Notes: generated by a model from the letters alone, not told the origin. Positions 32,279 to 42,384 are shown, numbered from the stretch's first letter. The stretch: DNA of 64,000 bases from an uncultured Gemmatimonadaceae bacterium (GCA_963716745.1 OY970320.1:3040001-3104000); one strand, 5' to 3'. Program-made: numbers and translations.

Positions 32279-33738
32279 TAGGGCAGTCTCCCCATCCGGT
32301 AGGTTACGATCGGCCGCTCGCCATTCACGTGCAGCGCGCTCGCGAGCAGTGCCGCATCCTGCGCGCTCTCGAACGCGCCGGCGTACAGGCGCATCCGGCC
32401 ATCATCCTGGAGCAGCGGGTACACGGCGAGCCCCTTCGAGCGGTACGCCGCCGCGTAGAAAGATGCCTCATCGCGCGTGACTTCGCTCTGTATCAACACG
32501 GCGAAGGGGAGGCGCATCACGCTCCCTTGGCCCTTGATCACGGTACCGCTCGCGACGAGTGCCGCGAGCATCGAATCGGCGCCGTCGCGCAGGCGGAACG
32601 CGCCGGCGATGATGTGATAACTCTTGTTCCCGTCGGGCTCGGCGAGCGGCGAGATCGTGAGCGCGGGGAGGACTCTCAGCATCTCATCCTCGAGCCGCGC
32701 GTTGGCGCTGGTGGAATTGTTGGTGACCGCGATCGCGACGGCGAAGCTCGCGGCGCGCGCGTCGCTGTCGGCGGCCGCGGCGGCGGCGCGCTGAGCGAAC
32801 GCCATCGCCGGCGTCACCGACGAGCCGGCGGGCACGGGGACGCTCGCGGGAGCAGCGGCCGGAGCGGACGTGACGCCACTCTCCGGGATAATCACCGAGT
32901 CGATCGCGCCGGCGGTCGCTCCGACGAGCGCGGTGTCGGCCGGCGCCGGATCGGGGCGCGGCGCCGCGGCGCGTCCCAGGATGCCCGAGCGCCACAGTCC
33001 GGCGGCGAGCAGCGCGAGCACGGCGAGCGCGCCGATCCACGCCGGAGCGCTCGATCGGCGCGCGGGCGGTGCGGGCACCGCGCGCACGGTGGATGGGCGC
33101 TGGCGTGTAGCCGAGGTCTCCCGGTCTCCCTGCGGCTGCGTGAGCGCGCTGATCGCGCCGGTGACGCGCTCCATGTCGTGGCCGCCGGAGCCAGGGCCGC
33201 GCACGTAGAGCAAAACGCGCGCGCCCACGAGCGGCTGGACGCGCCCCAGCAGCACCACGCCGTCCACGAGCGGCAGCAACGCATCCACCGCCGGCTCGTC
33301 GTTCGGTACGACCACGAGCAGCAATGCCTCCGCCTCGCGGAATTCCGCCGACAAACCTTCCCAACGCGCGCTGCGGAGCACCGCACCATAGTCGAGCGTA
33401 CCCGTGCCGCTGGGCAGGACATGCAGATTTCCGGCCGCATCCACAGGGTGCGCCGCTTGCTCGAGCGGCAGTCCGCGCACGAACACGTCGGCGATGCCGT
33501 GCGCCGCGTTCATGGGCGCGAGATCCTCGATCGGGCCGAGTTCGCCCACGGCGTCCGCCACCGCCACGCGCCGGCGGCGTGCCTGGACGCGGCCGATGCC
33601 GAGCGCGAGTTCCGCAGCGGCGATCGGATCGCCGCCCACGACCAGCACGAAGCCGCAGCCGTCGAGCGCCGCCGCCTGGCGGCGCCCCTCTTCCTCCCAC
33701 GGAGAGAGCATCGGCTCGTCGTACGGGGGTGTGGTCAT
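32278..33738 (-). CDS. Membrane protein with degenerate ParA/MinD-like N-terminal fold and SPOR-like C-terminal region
   Basis: RVAVADA, HGIADVF and NLHVLPSG without a Walker A lysine; TM helix; RLYAGAFES at the C-terminus. Confidence 0.5.
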   Translation of the reverse strand: MTTPPYDEPMLSPWEEEGRRQAAALDGCGFVLVVGGDPIAAAELALGIGRVQARRRRVAVADAVGELGPIEDLAPMNAAHGIADVFVRGLPLEQAAHPVDAAGNLHVLPSGTGTLDYGAVLRSARWEGLSAEFREAEALLLVVVPNDEPAVDALLPLVDGVVLLGRVQPLVGARVLLYVRGPGSGGHDMERVTGAISALTQPQGDRETSATRQRPSTVRAVPAPPARRSSAPAWIGALAVLALLAAGLWRSGILGRAAAPRPDPAPADTALVGATAGAIDSVIIPESGVTSAPAAAPASVPVPAGSSVTPAMAFAQRAAAAAADSDARAASFAVAIAVTNNSTSANARLEDEMLRVLPALTISPLAEPDGNKSYHIIAGAFRLRDGADSMLAALVASGTVIKGQGSVMRLPFAVLIQSEVTRDEASFYAAAYRSKGLAVYPLLQDDGRMRLYAGAFESAQDAALLASALHVNGERPIVTYRMGRLP

Positions 33739-33739
33739 C

Positions 33740-35242
33740 TCAGGGCGGCCCCGCGTAGATCCAGTAGGACATGCCGGCGGTGCGCGCGATGCGCTCGGCC
33801 TCTTCGCGCGTCGGGAATGGACCGATCACCACCCGGTACGTTACCACACCATCGTGCGAGTTGGGTACCACCCTCGGCGTCGCGCCGGTGACGTGGATCG
33901 CGCGCATCGCGACGCGCGCGGAGGAGTCGGTGCGCAGCGCCGCGAACTGGATCGTGAACTGCGGGCCTTTGGGCGTCGTGTCATGCGCCGGTGCGGGCGC
34001 CGGCGGCGGTGCGGGCGGCGCCGCGTGCAGCGCCGTGTCGACTCTCGGATGCAGACTGTCGTGCGCTGCTTCCGCGAGCGGGTTCATGCTGTCGTGCGGG
34101 ACGATCGTGTCCTCGGGGAACGTGACCGGTTCATCCAATCCCGCGGCGCGCGGCCGGAATCCGTTCCAGTGCAGGAACGTCCACAAGTCGTGCGCGCCTC
34201 CCGTGACGTGCGCGGCCTGCTTCAGCGACGAACCGTCGAAGAATTGCACGTCGTTGCCGGTGGCGACCGCGATCCACCCGTTGGGCGCGACGGCCGGAAG
34301 ATCGTAGCGCCACGTTCCCGCGATCACGCCGATCACCTTGTCGGTGCCGAGGGCGATCACCACCACGCTATCGCTCGCGAGGCGCGCCAGCAGCACGCGG
34401 CCGAACGGATCCATGCGCAGCGAAACCGCCGGCTCGGGCAGGGTGAGCTGCGACGTGGTCTTGCCGGTGTAGCGGTCGAGCACGAGGATCTGAGGCAGCG
34501 AATCGAGCGCGGCGAAGAGCCGGTCGCCGCTGGGCGTGGTCACGACGGCGCTCGCCGGGCGGGGCAGTTCGATCGCCGGAAGCGAATCGAGTCCGCGCAC
34601 GCGCAACGCGAGCAGCCAGCGGCCGCTCGTGAAGTACACGCGATCGCCGAGCGGCGTGCGCAGCGCCCGCGAGATCGGCGGGAGCACCGCGCTGTCGCCC
34701 ACGGTGGAATCGGGCGGCCGTACCGACCACAGCACCACGCCGGGGGGCCGGTCGGCCAGCACGAGGAGCTGGCCGTCGGGCTGTGGCAGCACATCGCGCG
34801 CGGGCGCGGGCGGCTTGAACGTCCACGTGCCGCTGGGCGTCGTGCGCAACACGCCGCCGCTGGCGACTACGCCGTACGCGCTGGAGCCGTCGGCCGTGGC
34901 GAGCGCGTGGAGCCTCGGCGTCTCGTCGGTGCTCACTGTGCCCAATCGCAGATCGATGCGCACCGGGAACCCTTTCGCCGACTCGGAGAGCACCGTGCCC
35001 GCCGCGTCATCGAAGCCGAGGATGCGCTCGAGCGCCGGCGCTTTCGCTGTGGAGGTCCACACGAGCGAGTCGAGCTGCGGGAAGGCGAAGACGCGAACGG
35101 GGCCGCCGGCGCGCGGAGCGCGGAGGACGAGCAGGTCGGGGCCATGCCCGGCGGTGGCCGGGACGCCGGCCGCAGGCGGAACGCGCTCCGTGCGGCCGCA
35201 CGCGGCCAGCGCGAGACCCAGCGCCATCAGCAACGTGCGCAC
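33740..35242 (-). CDS. SPOR domain lipoprotein with beta-propeller-like body
   Basis: Lipobox LAAC; C-terminal FTIQFAAL...YRVVIGPFPTREEA. Confidence 0.8.
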   Translation of the reverse strand: MRTLLMALGLALAACGRTERVPPAAGVPATAGHGPDLLVLRAPRAGGPVRVFAFPQLDSLVWTSTAKAPALERILGFDDAAGTVLSESAKGFPVRIDLRLGTVSTDETPRLHALATADGSSAYGVVASGGVLRTTPSGTWTFKPPAPARDVLPQPDGQLLVLADRPPGVVLWSVRPPDSTVGDSAVLPPISRALRTPLGDRVYFTSGRWLLALRVRGLDSLPAIELPRPASAVVTTPSGDRLFAALDSLPQILVLDRYTGKTTSQLTLPEPAVSLRMDPFGRVLLARLASDSVVVIALGTDKVIGVIAGTWRYDLPAVAPNGWIAVATGNDVQFFDGSSLKQAAHVTGGAHDLWTFLHWNGFRPRAAGLDEPVTFPEDTIVPHDSMNPLAEAAHDSLHPRVDTALHAAPPAPPPAPAPAHDTTPKGPQFTIQFAALRTDSSARVAMRAIHVTGATPRVVPNSHDGVVTYRVVIGPFPTREEAERIARTAGMSYWIYAGPP

Positions 35243-35295
35243 GTGCCTAAGCTACCGGGAGCGCGCGCGCGGAACAAGCCGCGCACGCGCCGCGG

Positions 35296-38200
35296 CTAGA
35301 ACGGAGCGTACAGCGAGAACTGGATGTAGGGGCGCAACGCCAGGTCGTGCGGGATCACCCAGGCCCAGCTCATGATCGCCGCGCCGAACAGGTTGATGCG
35401 CGCGCCGAAACCGTTCGACCAGAGGAATCCGCGCGTGTAGAACGGATCGTAGAGCGTCTGATCGCGGAACACCACCGTCTGTCCCGTGAACCAGGTGCTG
35501 CCGAGGTCGACGAAGGCGAACAACTCGATGGGCGGGACCGGAACAACGCTGCCCGCGCCGCCGCGATAGAACGGAGCGCGGATCTCGAGGCTGCCATAGT
35601 ACGCGCTGCTGCCGATGCCGGGGTTGCAGTAGTCGGAGCTCTTCTGCGCTTGGCCGCATTCCGTGGGGTCGACCAGGAAATTGCTGCCGTCGTAGCCGCG
35701 CACCGACTGGCTGTACGCGATGTATTGGCGCGTGCTGTCCGCGTCGCGCCCGGTCTTGATGAAGGCCGCGAGGTGCGTGGCGATGATCAGTTTGTTGAAG
35801 ATGATGGGATCGTAGCGGCGATAGTCGGCGATGTAGGCGAGCCAGCGGAAGTCGCCGACCGCCGGCTGGATCTCGAAACGGTAGCGCCGCCCGGAGATCG
35901 GCGCGAAGTAGCCGAACAGAGTGTTGTCCGAGACGTAGGCGATGTCGGGCGTCGCGTAGTACCTCGTGCCGAAGTCGATCGTCTGCCGGCCCTGAATCTG
36001 CTGCACGTAATCCGTCGTGATGGCCACGATCTGTTCGTCGAGCGAGTTGAGGCCGAGCCCGACCTCCCAGCGATCGAAGCGGTTGAGCGGATAGATGCCG
36101 ACCCCGAAGACCGCGCGGTTCAAGTAGCGCGTGGTGTAGGTCGTGCAGACGCTTCCGTCGCCGTTGCACGAGTACCCGTTGGCGAAGTAGAACGGGACGT
36201 TCTCGACGCCCACCTGGTACTGGAAGCGCCCCGCGAGATACGCGTAGGCGGCGTAGAACTGGAAGTCGGCAAGGCGCCCATTCACCGCCAGCGCGATGGT
36301 CGCGCGAGTGGAGCCCACCATGTCGGTGAGCGTCACCGCGGTACCGCCGTAGATCCCGCTGCCGAAGTTGTCGTGCGAGTAACCGATGGTGGGCGTCGCG
36401 ACGAACTCAGGCGACAGGCGGAGCTTGTAGGGATACATGAAGAACGTGCTCGTATCCGGGAGCTTCACCGCGCCGGTGTCGAGGATCGCGGCGACACTGA
36501 TCGCGGGCTCGGTGGTGGAATCCTTCGCGCCCGGCACCGACTGCGCCGGCCGGAATCCGAGCGTGCCCTTGTAGTACGTCGCCACCGGATCGCCCGCCAC
36601 GGAGCCGAGCGACTTGGGCGGCGGCGCGACGGTCGCGGCGGTGTCGGCTTTCGGCGCGACCGCGAGCTGCGCCGTGACCGGCACGCGCTCGAGCTTGCGC
36701 GGATCATCCATCGTCCAAATGGAGTAGCCGTTGTTCTCGTAGTACACGAAGGCCAGGCGGTCGGCGCCATGCGCCCAGCTGAGCGCCGGGCTCACATCGG
36801 TAATTCCGGTGACGCCGCCCACGAAGTTCGTGATCCGGAACTGCTGCTTCGATTCCAGATCGAAGAGGAAGACGTTCGGCGACCCGCCGCGATCGGAGAC
36901 GAACGCGATCGTCTTGCCGTCGGGCGACCAGTTGGGATTGATGTTGAGCCCATCCTGGTCGGGCAGCACCTCGATCTCGTGTGTCGCCACGTGATAGAGC
37001 GTGATGCGCATCTTGGGGAAGACGAGATTGGCGATGTCGGTGCCCGCGCCGCGCTCGCTGGCGAACGCGATCGTCTGCCCGTCGGGCGACCACTGCGGCA
37101 TCGCGTCGCCGTTCCGGTCATGCGTGAGCTGCGTGAGATTCTTCCCGTCCGCGTCCACCGTGTAGATGTCGGTGATCCCGCCGCGCGCGCCGCTGAACAC
37201 GATCTTCGACTGATCGGGCGACCAGCTCGGATTCGTGAGGCCATCGAGCGGCAGCGAGATCGTAGCGATGCGCTTGCGACTCGCGACGTCGAGCAGGTAT
37301 AGCACTTCCTTGCCGCCGGACAGCGCGGAGAAGGCGAGCTTCTTCCCGTCGGGCGAGAACGCCGCCTGCGAGTAGAGCAGGCCGATCTCCTCATAGTTCG
37401 GATCGAGCGTGCTCTTCACCAGACGCTTGATGCGCTTGCCGGTGATGGCGTCCGCGAGCCAGAGATCGATGAATACTTCGCCCTTGTTGAAACTGCCGTT
37501 CGAGAGGAACGCGATGTATTTGCCATCGGGCGACAGCGCAGGATCCACGAAGATCTCGCCGCCCGTGCGATGGGTCGTGAGCGCCGGCTGCGCCATCGTG
37601 CGCGCGCGCGTGAGCTGCGAGATGGTAGGCAGGAACTGGTCCAGCAGCGCCTGCTTCCAGTCGGCGGCGATCTGCGCGGGATTCTTGTTCGTGGCGCGCT
37701 CGAATGCGCGGTCGATGCCCAGGTTCGGCGTTTCGAGCATGATCTGCCCCACCGCGTCATCGCCCCAGTGCAGGCCGACGTACGCGAAGTACGATTCGCC
37801 GAAACGGTACGGGAAGTACTGGCCCGGATCGTTGGTCATCTGCGCGAGCGATGGCACGTTGTTCTCCGCCACCGCGTCGCGCATCACGACGTTCGTGTGC
37901 GGGTCGCCCGGGCCCTTCGACAGATACTCCGCCATGCCTTCCATGAACCACAGCGGCGGGTTCACCGCCTCGAGCGCGTTCAGCCCACCGCCGGCCTTCC
38001 CGTGGCCGAAGATGTCGAACTGGAACTCGTGCACCATTTCGTGCGTGAGGACGTGCTCGGTGCTGCGATAGTTCCCGGTGAAGAAGAAGAGCATGCGATG
38101 CCGCAGCGGTTCCGTCACGCCGCCCGTGCCCTCGCCCAGATCGCCGGTCACGAGATTCTCGCCGAAGTCGGCACGCGACGCGAACAGCATGATCGGTTTC

Positions 38201-38451
38201 TTGTCGCGGAATTCCCATTGGAACACGCGCGCGAGGCGCTCGTACGCGCGCTCCGACATCCGCGCGACATCCATCGCCACCGTCGCTTCCGACGGATAGT
38301 AGTGGATGTAGAAATGCTGCGTCTCGATCACGTGCCACTCGAAGTGCGTGTATTCGACCTGGTTCTTGCCGAATTGCGCCGAGAGGCTGGATGCCGCCGC
38401 GAACAGCAGCGCGGCGGCGGCCGCGAGGCGTCCGATCGCGCGCGCGTTCAC
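35296..38451 (-). CDS. Peptidase MA-like + PD40/TolB propeller + BamA/TamA-like barrel protein
   Basis: QFGKNQVEY, HEMVH and WFMEGMAEY, repeated (W/F/L)SPDG motifs, beta-barrel-like C-terminus ending in Phe. Confidence 0.8.
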   Translation of the reverse strand: MNARAIGRLAAAAALLFAAASSLSAQFGKNQVEYTHFEWHVIETQHFYIHYYPSEATVAMDVARMSERAYERLARVFQWEFRDKKPIMLFASRADFGENLVTGDLGEGTGGVTEPLRHRMLFFFTGNYRSTEHVLTHEMVHEFQFDIFGHGKAGGGLNALEAVNPPLWFMEGMAEYLSKGPGDPHTNVVMRDAVAENNVPSLAQMTNDPGQYFPYRFGESYFAYVGLHWGDDAVGQIMLETPNLGIDRAFERATNKNPAQIAADWKQALLDQFLPTISQLTRARTMAQPALTTHRTGGEIFVDPALSPDGKYIAFLSNGSFNKGEVFIDLWLADAITGKRIKRLVKSTLDPNYEEIGLLYSQAAFSPDGKKLAFSALSGGKEVLYLLDVASRKRIATISLPLDGLTNPSWSPDQSKIVFSGARGGITDIYTVDADGKNLTQLTHDRNGDAMPQWSPDGQTIAFASERGAGTDIANLVFPKMRITLYHVATHEIEVLPDQDGLNINPNWSPDGKTIAFVSDRGGSPNVFLFDLESKQQFRITNFVGGVTGITDVSPALSWAHGADRLAFVYYENNGYSIWTMDDPRKLERVPVTAQLAVAPKADTAATVAPPPKSLGSVAGDPVATYYKGTLGFRPAQSVPGAKDSTTEPAISVAAILDTGAVKLPDTSTFFMYPYKLRLSPEFVATPTIGYSHDNFGSGIYGGTAVTLTDMVGSTRATIALAVNGRLADFQFYAAYAYLAGRFQYQVGVENVPFYFANGYSCNGDGSVCTTYTTRYLNRAVFGVGIYPLNRFDRWEVGLGLNSLDEQIVAITTDYVQQIQGRQTIDFGTRYYATPDIAYVSDNTLFGYFAPISGRRYRFEIQPAVGDFRWLAYIADYRRYDPIIFNKLIIATHLAAFIKTGRDADSTRQYIAYSQSVRGYDGSNFLVDPTECGQAQKSSDYCNPGIGSSAYYGSLEIRAPFYRGGAGSVVPVPPIELFAFVDLGSTWFTGQTVVFRDQTLYDPFYTRGFLWSNGFGARINLFGAAIMSWAWVIPHDLALRPYIQFSLYAPF

Positions 38452-38831
38452 TGCGCCGCTCCCTGCGCATCGAGGGCCACGCCCTGCGCGTCGCCCCACA
38501 GGCGCTCGAGTTGGTAGTACTGGCGCATCGCCGGATGGAACACGTGCACGACGAAGTCCACGTAGTCCACGAGCACCCAGCGGCCGGACTCGAGACCCTC
38601 CACGCCGTAGGGGCGGATGCCGAGCTCGCGCAGTTCGTCGATCACGTGGCCGGCGACCGCGCGCACGTGCGTGTCCGACGTCCCGCTGGCGATCAGGAAA
38701 TAATCGGTGGCGTCGGAGACGCGTCGCAGGTCGAGCAGCGCGACGTCATTCGCCTTGAGATCGAGGCAGAGCGCCGCGGCGCGCTGGACCTGCGCGAGCG
38801 AGGAACGATTGGCAGGCGGACTGATGGCCAT
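38448..38831 (-). CDS. rsfS: Ribosome silencing factor
   Basis: DYFLIASG, WVLVDYVDFVVHVF, YYQLERLW. Confidence 0.93.
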   Translation of the reverse strand: MAISPPANRSSLAQVQRAAALCLDLKANDVALLDLRRVSDATDYFLIASGTSDTHVRAVAGHVIDELRELGIRPYGVEGLESGRWVLVDYVDFVVHVFHPAMRQYYQLERLWGDAQGVALDAQGAAQ

Positions 38832-38909
38832 TCGCCTTCAAGAGGTGAGAGGGACTCATTCGTGGAACCGTTCATCACGCTGAAAGTTCCACGCCGCTCG
38901 CCGTGTTAC

Positions 38910-39356
38910 TTACTGTTTCACCACCCACACACGGAGTTCCGGCTTCACATCGGCGTGCAACCGCACCGGCACCTTGAAGATGCCGAGCGCCTTGATCGGT
39001 TCGTGCAGATCGATCATGCGCTTCTCTACTTCGGTGAATCCCTGCGCGTGCAATTGCGACGCGATGTCGGCCGCCGTCACGGAACCGAACAGCTTCTCCT
39101 CTTCGCCGACGCGCGCGGAGAACGTGAGCGAGACCTGTTCGAGCCGCGCCGCCATCGCCTGCGCCGCGTCGCGCCGCGCGTTCTCGGCGAGTTCGAGCCG
39201 CGCCTTCTCCTGGCCGATGCGCTTGCGATTGCCCGGCGTCGCCTCGTACGCGAGTCCGCGCGGGAGGAGGAAATTGCGCGCGTAGCCGGCCGACACCTTC
39301 ACGACGTCGCCAGGCTGTCCGAGCTGATCGATGCTCTGCCGCAGGATCACTTCCAT
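38910..39356 (-). CDS. rplI: 50S ribosomal protein L9
   Basis: MEVIL, GYARNFLLPRG, KLFGSVT. Confidence 0.96.
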   Translation of the reverse strand: MEVILRQSIDQLGQPGDVVKVSAGYARNFLLPRGLAYEATPGNRKRIGQEKARLELAENARRDAAQAMAARLEQVSLTFSARVGEEEKLFGSVTAADIASQLHAQGFTEVEKRMIDLHEPIKALGIFKVPVRLHADVKPELRVWVVKQ

Positions 39357-39379
39357 GGGAATGCTCCGGTAGGAACGAG

Positions 39380-40423
39380 TTAATCAGTTGAAGTGGGACC
39401 CGCGCCGGCCGCCGCCGGCCGCGCAAGTCCGCGCCAATCGAGCCAATTGTCCACCACACCCAATCCGACCGCCGCCGGCAGCGTCACCGGCGCGAGCGCC
39501 AGCGCCGCCACACACGACGCGAACTGTGCCGCCGTGCGACGCACCGGGATGAACCATGCCGCCACGCCGGCGCCGCGCAGCGCGAACAGCGCGCCGACCA
39601 GCACCACCATGTTCGCCCCCAGGATCGCCGCACCACTGCCGCGCAATGCCGGCACCGCCACCAGCGCTCCGCCCGCCACCAACGCCCACACCAGACCGTG
39701 ACCGAACGTGAACGACCGCAGCGACGCCAACGGCGGTCCGAGCCGCGTGCGGCTCAGCCGGTGATACAACGACCACGCCAATGCGCACGCCGCCAGCGCC
39801 TCCAGGATCAGCAGCGCCGGAACGAGCGGCGCCGCCAGAGCCGATGAGGCCTGGCTCAGCGCCATCGATCTCGTCGCCGCCCAATCACTCGCGCCGGGGA
39901 ACGCCGAGCCCATCGCCGCCAGCCACCGTGCCAGCGCGCTCGCCGTCGCCGCGTTGCGCAGCGCGAACTCCTGCGCGAACACTTGCTCCATCGACCCGAA
40001 CGTCAACGCCGCCGCGCCGGCGAACACCATCGCGCCCGCCAGTGCCAGCCCCGCCGCGGCCAGCGCGCGGCCGAAGAGCGACCCGCGTCCTCCGGCCACA
40101 CACACCACGCCGAACGCCCCGCCCACGAGCAGTCCCCACGCGCGCGCGAGGCCGTGATACGACTCGTTTCCGGGCGACGCCGGCAGCATGAACAAAACCG
40201 CCGTCATGAGCACCCACACGATCGCGAGCGATGCCGGTCCGCCCTCCACCCAACCCGCGACGAAGCACGCCGTGAGCACGGGGAACAGCAGGAGGAACGT
40301 GTCGACCACCGGCAGGAAGGCGCGGGCCCCGGGCGCACGCGCGAGCAGGAGGAAGGCGGCGGTGGCGATCACCACACGCATCCACCCCTGTTCCCGCAGC
40401 GCCGGCGCACTCACGCCGGACAT
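39380..40423 (-). CDS. YybS/DUF2232-like integral membrane protein
   Basis: Multiple TM helices, C-terminal LGVVDNWLDWR, position between rpsR and rplI. Confidence 0.7.
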   Translation of the reverse strand: MSGVSAPALREQGWMRVVIATAAFLLLARAPGARAFLPVVDTFLLLFPVLTACFVAGWVEGGPASLAIVWVLMTAVLFMLPASPGNESYHGLARAWGLLVGGAFGVVCVAGGRGSLFGRALAAAGLALAGAMVFAGAAALTFGSMEQVFAQEFALRNAATASALARWLAAMGSAFPGASDWAATRSMALSQASSALAAPLVPALLILEALAACALAWSLYHRLSRTRLGPPLASLRSFTFGHGLVWALVAGGALVAVPALRGSGAAILGANMVVLVGALFALRGAGVAAWFIPVRRTAAQFASCVAALALAPVTLPAAVGLGVVDNWLDWRGLARPAAAGAGPTSTD

Positions 40424-40425
40424 GA

Positions 40426-40650
40426 TTACGCCGAGAGACCCCGGATGTACGGGACCAGCGCCAGATACCGGGCGCGCTTGATCGCCGTGGACAGCTGCCG
40501 CTGGTGTCGCGCGCACGCGCCGCTCAGCCGGCTCGGCAGGATCTTGCCGGTGTCCGTGAGGAAGCGGCCGAGCGTCCGGTCATCCTTGTAGTCGATGAAG
40601 CGCACGCGGGTCTCGCAGAATGGGCACGTCTTTGCTGGGCGTCGCATCAT
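40426..40650 (-). CDS. rpsR: 30S ribosomal protein S18
   Basis: [29 protein letters not shown]. Confidence 0.96.
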   Translation of the reverse strand: MMRRPAKTCPFCETRVRFIDYKDDRTLGRFLTDTGKILPSRLSGACARHQRQLSTAIKRARYLALVPYIRGLSA

Positions 40651-41016
40651 CTATTCCTCGTCGTCGTCATCGTCGCCGGCGCGAGCGCGCGCCGCGGCCA
40701 TCTCTTCTTCGGTGAGCACCGGGGCGCCCACTTCGTGCTCATGCAGCGTCACGAGGTAGCGCACCACGCCGTCGTCGAGCTTGAGCGCGCGCTCGTACTC
40801 GGGGAGCGTGGCGGGCTCGGCGTCGAACTTGGCGATTACGTAGTAGCCGTTCTCGCGGCGCCCGATCGGGTACGCGAGCTGGCGGCGTCCCCAATGCGTG
40901 ACGGCGATGTCGCCCTCGACGCTGAGGAGCGTGTGCAGCTTGGTGAGTTTTTCGGTAACGGCGGTGTCTGCGAGCGTGGAGTCGAAGATGTACACCGCCT
41001 CATAAGTGCGAGGCAT
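40651..41016 (-). CDS. rpsF: 30S ribosomal protein S6
   Basis: RTYEAVYI, WGRRQLAYPI, acidic tail. Confidence 0.95.
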   Translation of the reverse strand: MPRTYEAVYIFDSTLADTAVTEKLTKLHTLLSVEGDIAVTHWGRRQLAYPIGRRENGYYVIAKFDAEPATLPEYERALKLDDGVVRYLVTLHEHEVGAPVLTEEEMAAARARAGDDDDDEE

Positions 41017-41019
41017 GGA

Positions 41020-41082
41020 TCTCTGATCCTCCCTGTGGTCGTGGCCGCCCCCGGATGATCAGGTTCCGGAGGAGGGGTTTGT
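41020..41082 (-). promoter_or_regulatory. Possible structured rpsF leader (S6:S18 autoregulatory-type)
   Basis: CCCCTCC anti-SD-like tract, CTCCGGA/TCCGGGG stem, and GGGAGG SD upstream of rpsF; not matched to a model. Confidence 0.3.
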
Positions 41083-41167
41083 GAATCAATTGTAGGTGCA
41101 AAGCTAACTACGACCAGCAGTTATTGCGAGGGGGAACGGCTCAGAGAACGCACCGCCGAACCGCGTG

Positions 41168-41251
41168 TTAGTACCGCGAACGGCGCGTTAGCGTTGGCGT
41201 TGGATACGGTGCGTCCCTAACGCCAACGCTAACGCGCCGTTCGCGGTACCA
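41168..41251. repeat. Perfect 31-bp inverted repeat (element E)
   Basis: 41171-41201 gtaccgcgaacggcgcgttagcgttggcgtt equals the reverse complement of 41219-41249; 17-nt loop. Confidence 0.92.
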
Positions 41252-41276
41252 GCCACCGCCGTTGGCGATATCGCCG

Positions 41277-42377
41277 TCACACGTTGAACCGGAAGAGCAG
41301 TACATCCCCATCCGCCACGACGTACTCCTTTCCTTCCGATCTCACCGCCCCTTTCTCCTTCGCGCCTTTCCATCCGCCCATGGAAATGAAATCCGGATAC
41401 GCCACCGTCTCCGCCCGAATGAATCCATGCTCGAAATCGGTGTGGATCACTCCCGCCGCGGCCGGCGCGCGATCGCCTTTGTGGATGGTCCACGCGCGCA
41501 CTTCCTGCTCGCCGGCGGTGAAGTACGTCTGCAGGCCGAGCAGTTCGTAGCCGGCGCGGATCAAGCGGTCCAGTCCCGCGCTCGTGAGTCCCAGCGACGC
41601 GAGGAAATCCTCGCGGTCCGCCGGCGGAAGCTCCGCGAGCTCGGCCTCGATCTTCGCGGAGAAGGGCACCACCTGCGCGTGCTCGCCGCTCTTGGCCACG
41701 GCGGCGCGCAGCGCTTTCAAGTGCGCGCCTTCGTCGCCGGTCAATTCGTGGTCGGTCACATTCGCGGCGTACAGCACCGGCTTCGCGGTGAGCAGCGCCA
41801 GCGGCTTGAGCAGCGCGCGCTGCTCATCGGTGAGCTTCACTTCCCACAGCCCGCGCCCCGCGGACAGCGCCTCGAACGCGGCCTCGAGCGCGGGCAGCTC
41901 CGCCAGCGCCTCCTTCTCCATGGACTTCGCCGCGCGACGCGTGCGGTCGAGCCGCTTCTCCACCGCCGCGAGGTCGGCGAGCGCCAGCTCGAGCTCGATC
42001 ACCTCGCGGTCGCGCACGGGGTCCACGCCGCCCATGACGTGCGTCACGTCGGGATCCTCGAAGCACCGCACCACGTGCACGATCGCGTCGGTCTCGCGGA
42101 TGTTCGCGAGGAACTTGTTGCCGAGCCCCTCGCCGGCGGACGCGCCCTTCACGAGTCCGGCGATGTCCACGAACTCCACGGCGGCGGGCACGGTGCGCTT
42201 CGGCTGCACCAGCTCGGCGAGTTTAGCCAAGCGAGCGTCGGGCACTTCCACGATGCCGACGTTCGGCTCCACGGTGCAGAAGGGGTAGTTCGCCGCCTCC
42301 GCCTTGGCGCTCGTGAGCGCATTGAACAGCGTGGATTTTCCGACGTTGGGCAGTCCGACGATCGCAAGGCGCAGCAT
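41277..42377 (-). CDS. ychF: Redox-regulated ATPase YchF
   Basis: GLPNVGKST, NYPFCT, DIAGLV, GEGLGNKFL, IHTDF, DGDVLLFRFNV. Confidence 0.96.
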   Translation of the reverse strand: MLRLAIVGLPNVGKSTLFNALTSAKAEAANYPFCTVEPNVGIVEVPDARLAKLAELVQPKRTVPAAVEFVDIAGLVKGASAGEGLGNKFLANIRETDAIVHVVRCFEDPDVTHVMGGVDPVRDREVIELELALADLAAVEKRLDRTRRAAKSMEKEALAELPALEAAFEALSAGRGLWEVKLTDEQRALLKPLALLTAKPVLYAANVTDHELTGDEGAHLKALRAAVAKSGEHAQVVPFSAKIEAELAELPPADREDFLASLGLTSAGLDRLIRAGYELLGLQTYFTAGEQEVRAWTIHKGDRAPAAAGVIHTDFEHGFIRAETVAYPDFISMGGWKGAKEKGAVRSEGKEYVVADGDVLLFRFNV

Positions 42378-42384
42378 GAAGTCC

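Noticed and set aside
29591..32281. Long antisense ORFs (e.g. 896 aa opposite smc, 794 aa at 42304-44688, 651 aa at 35347-37302)
   Set aside because: Shadow ORFs expected in high-GC DNA opposite well-supported genes; no recognisable motifs
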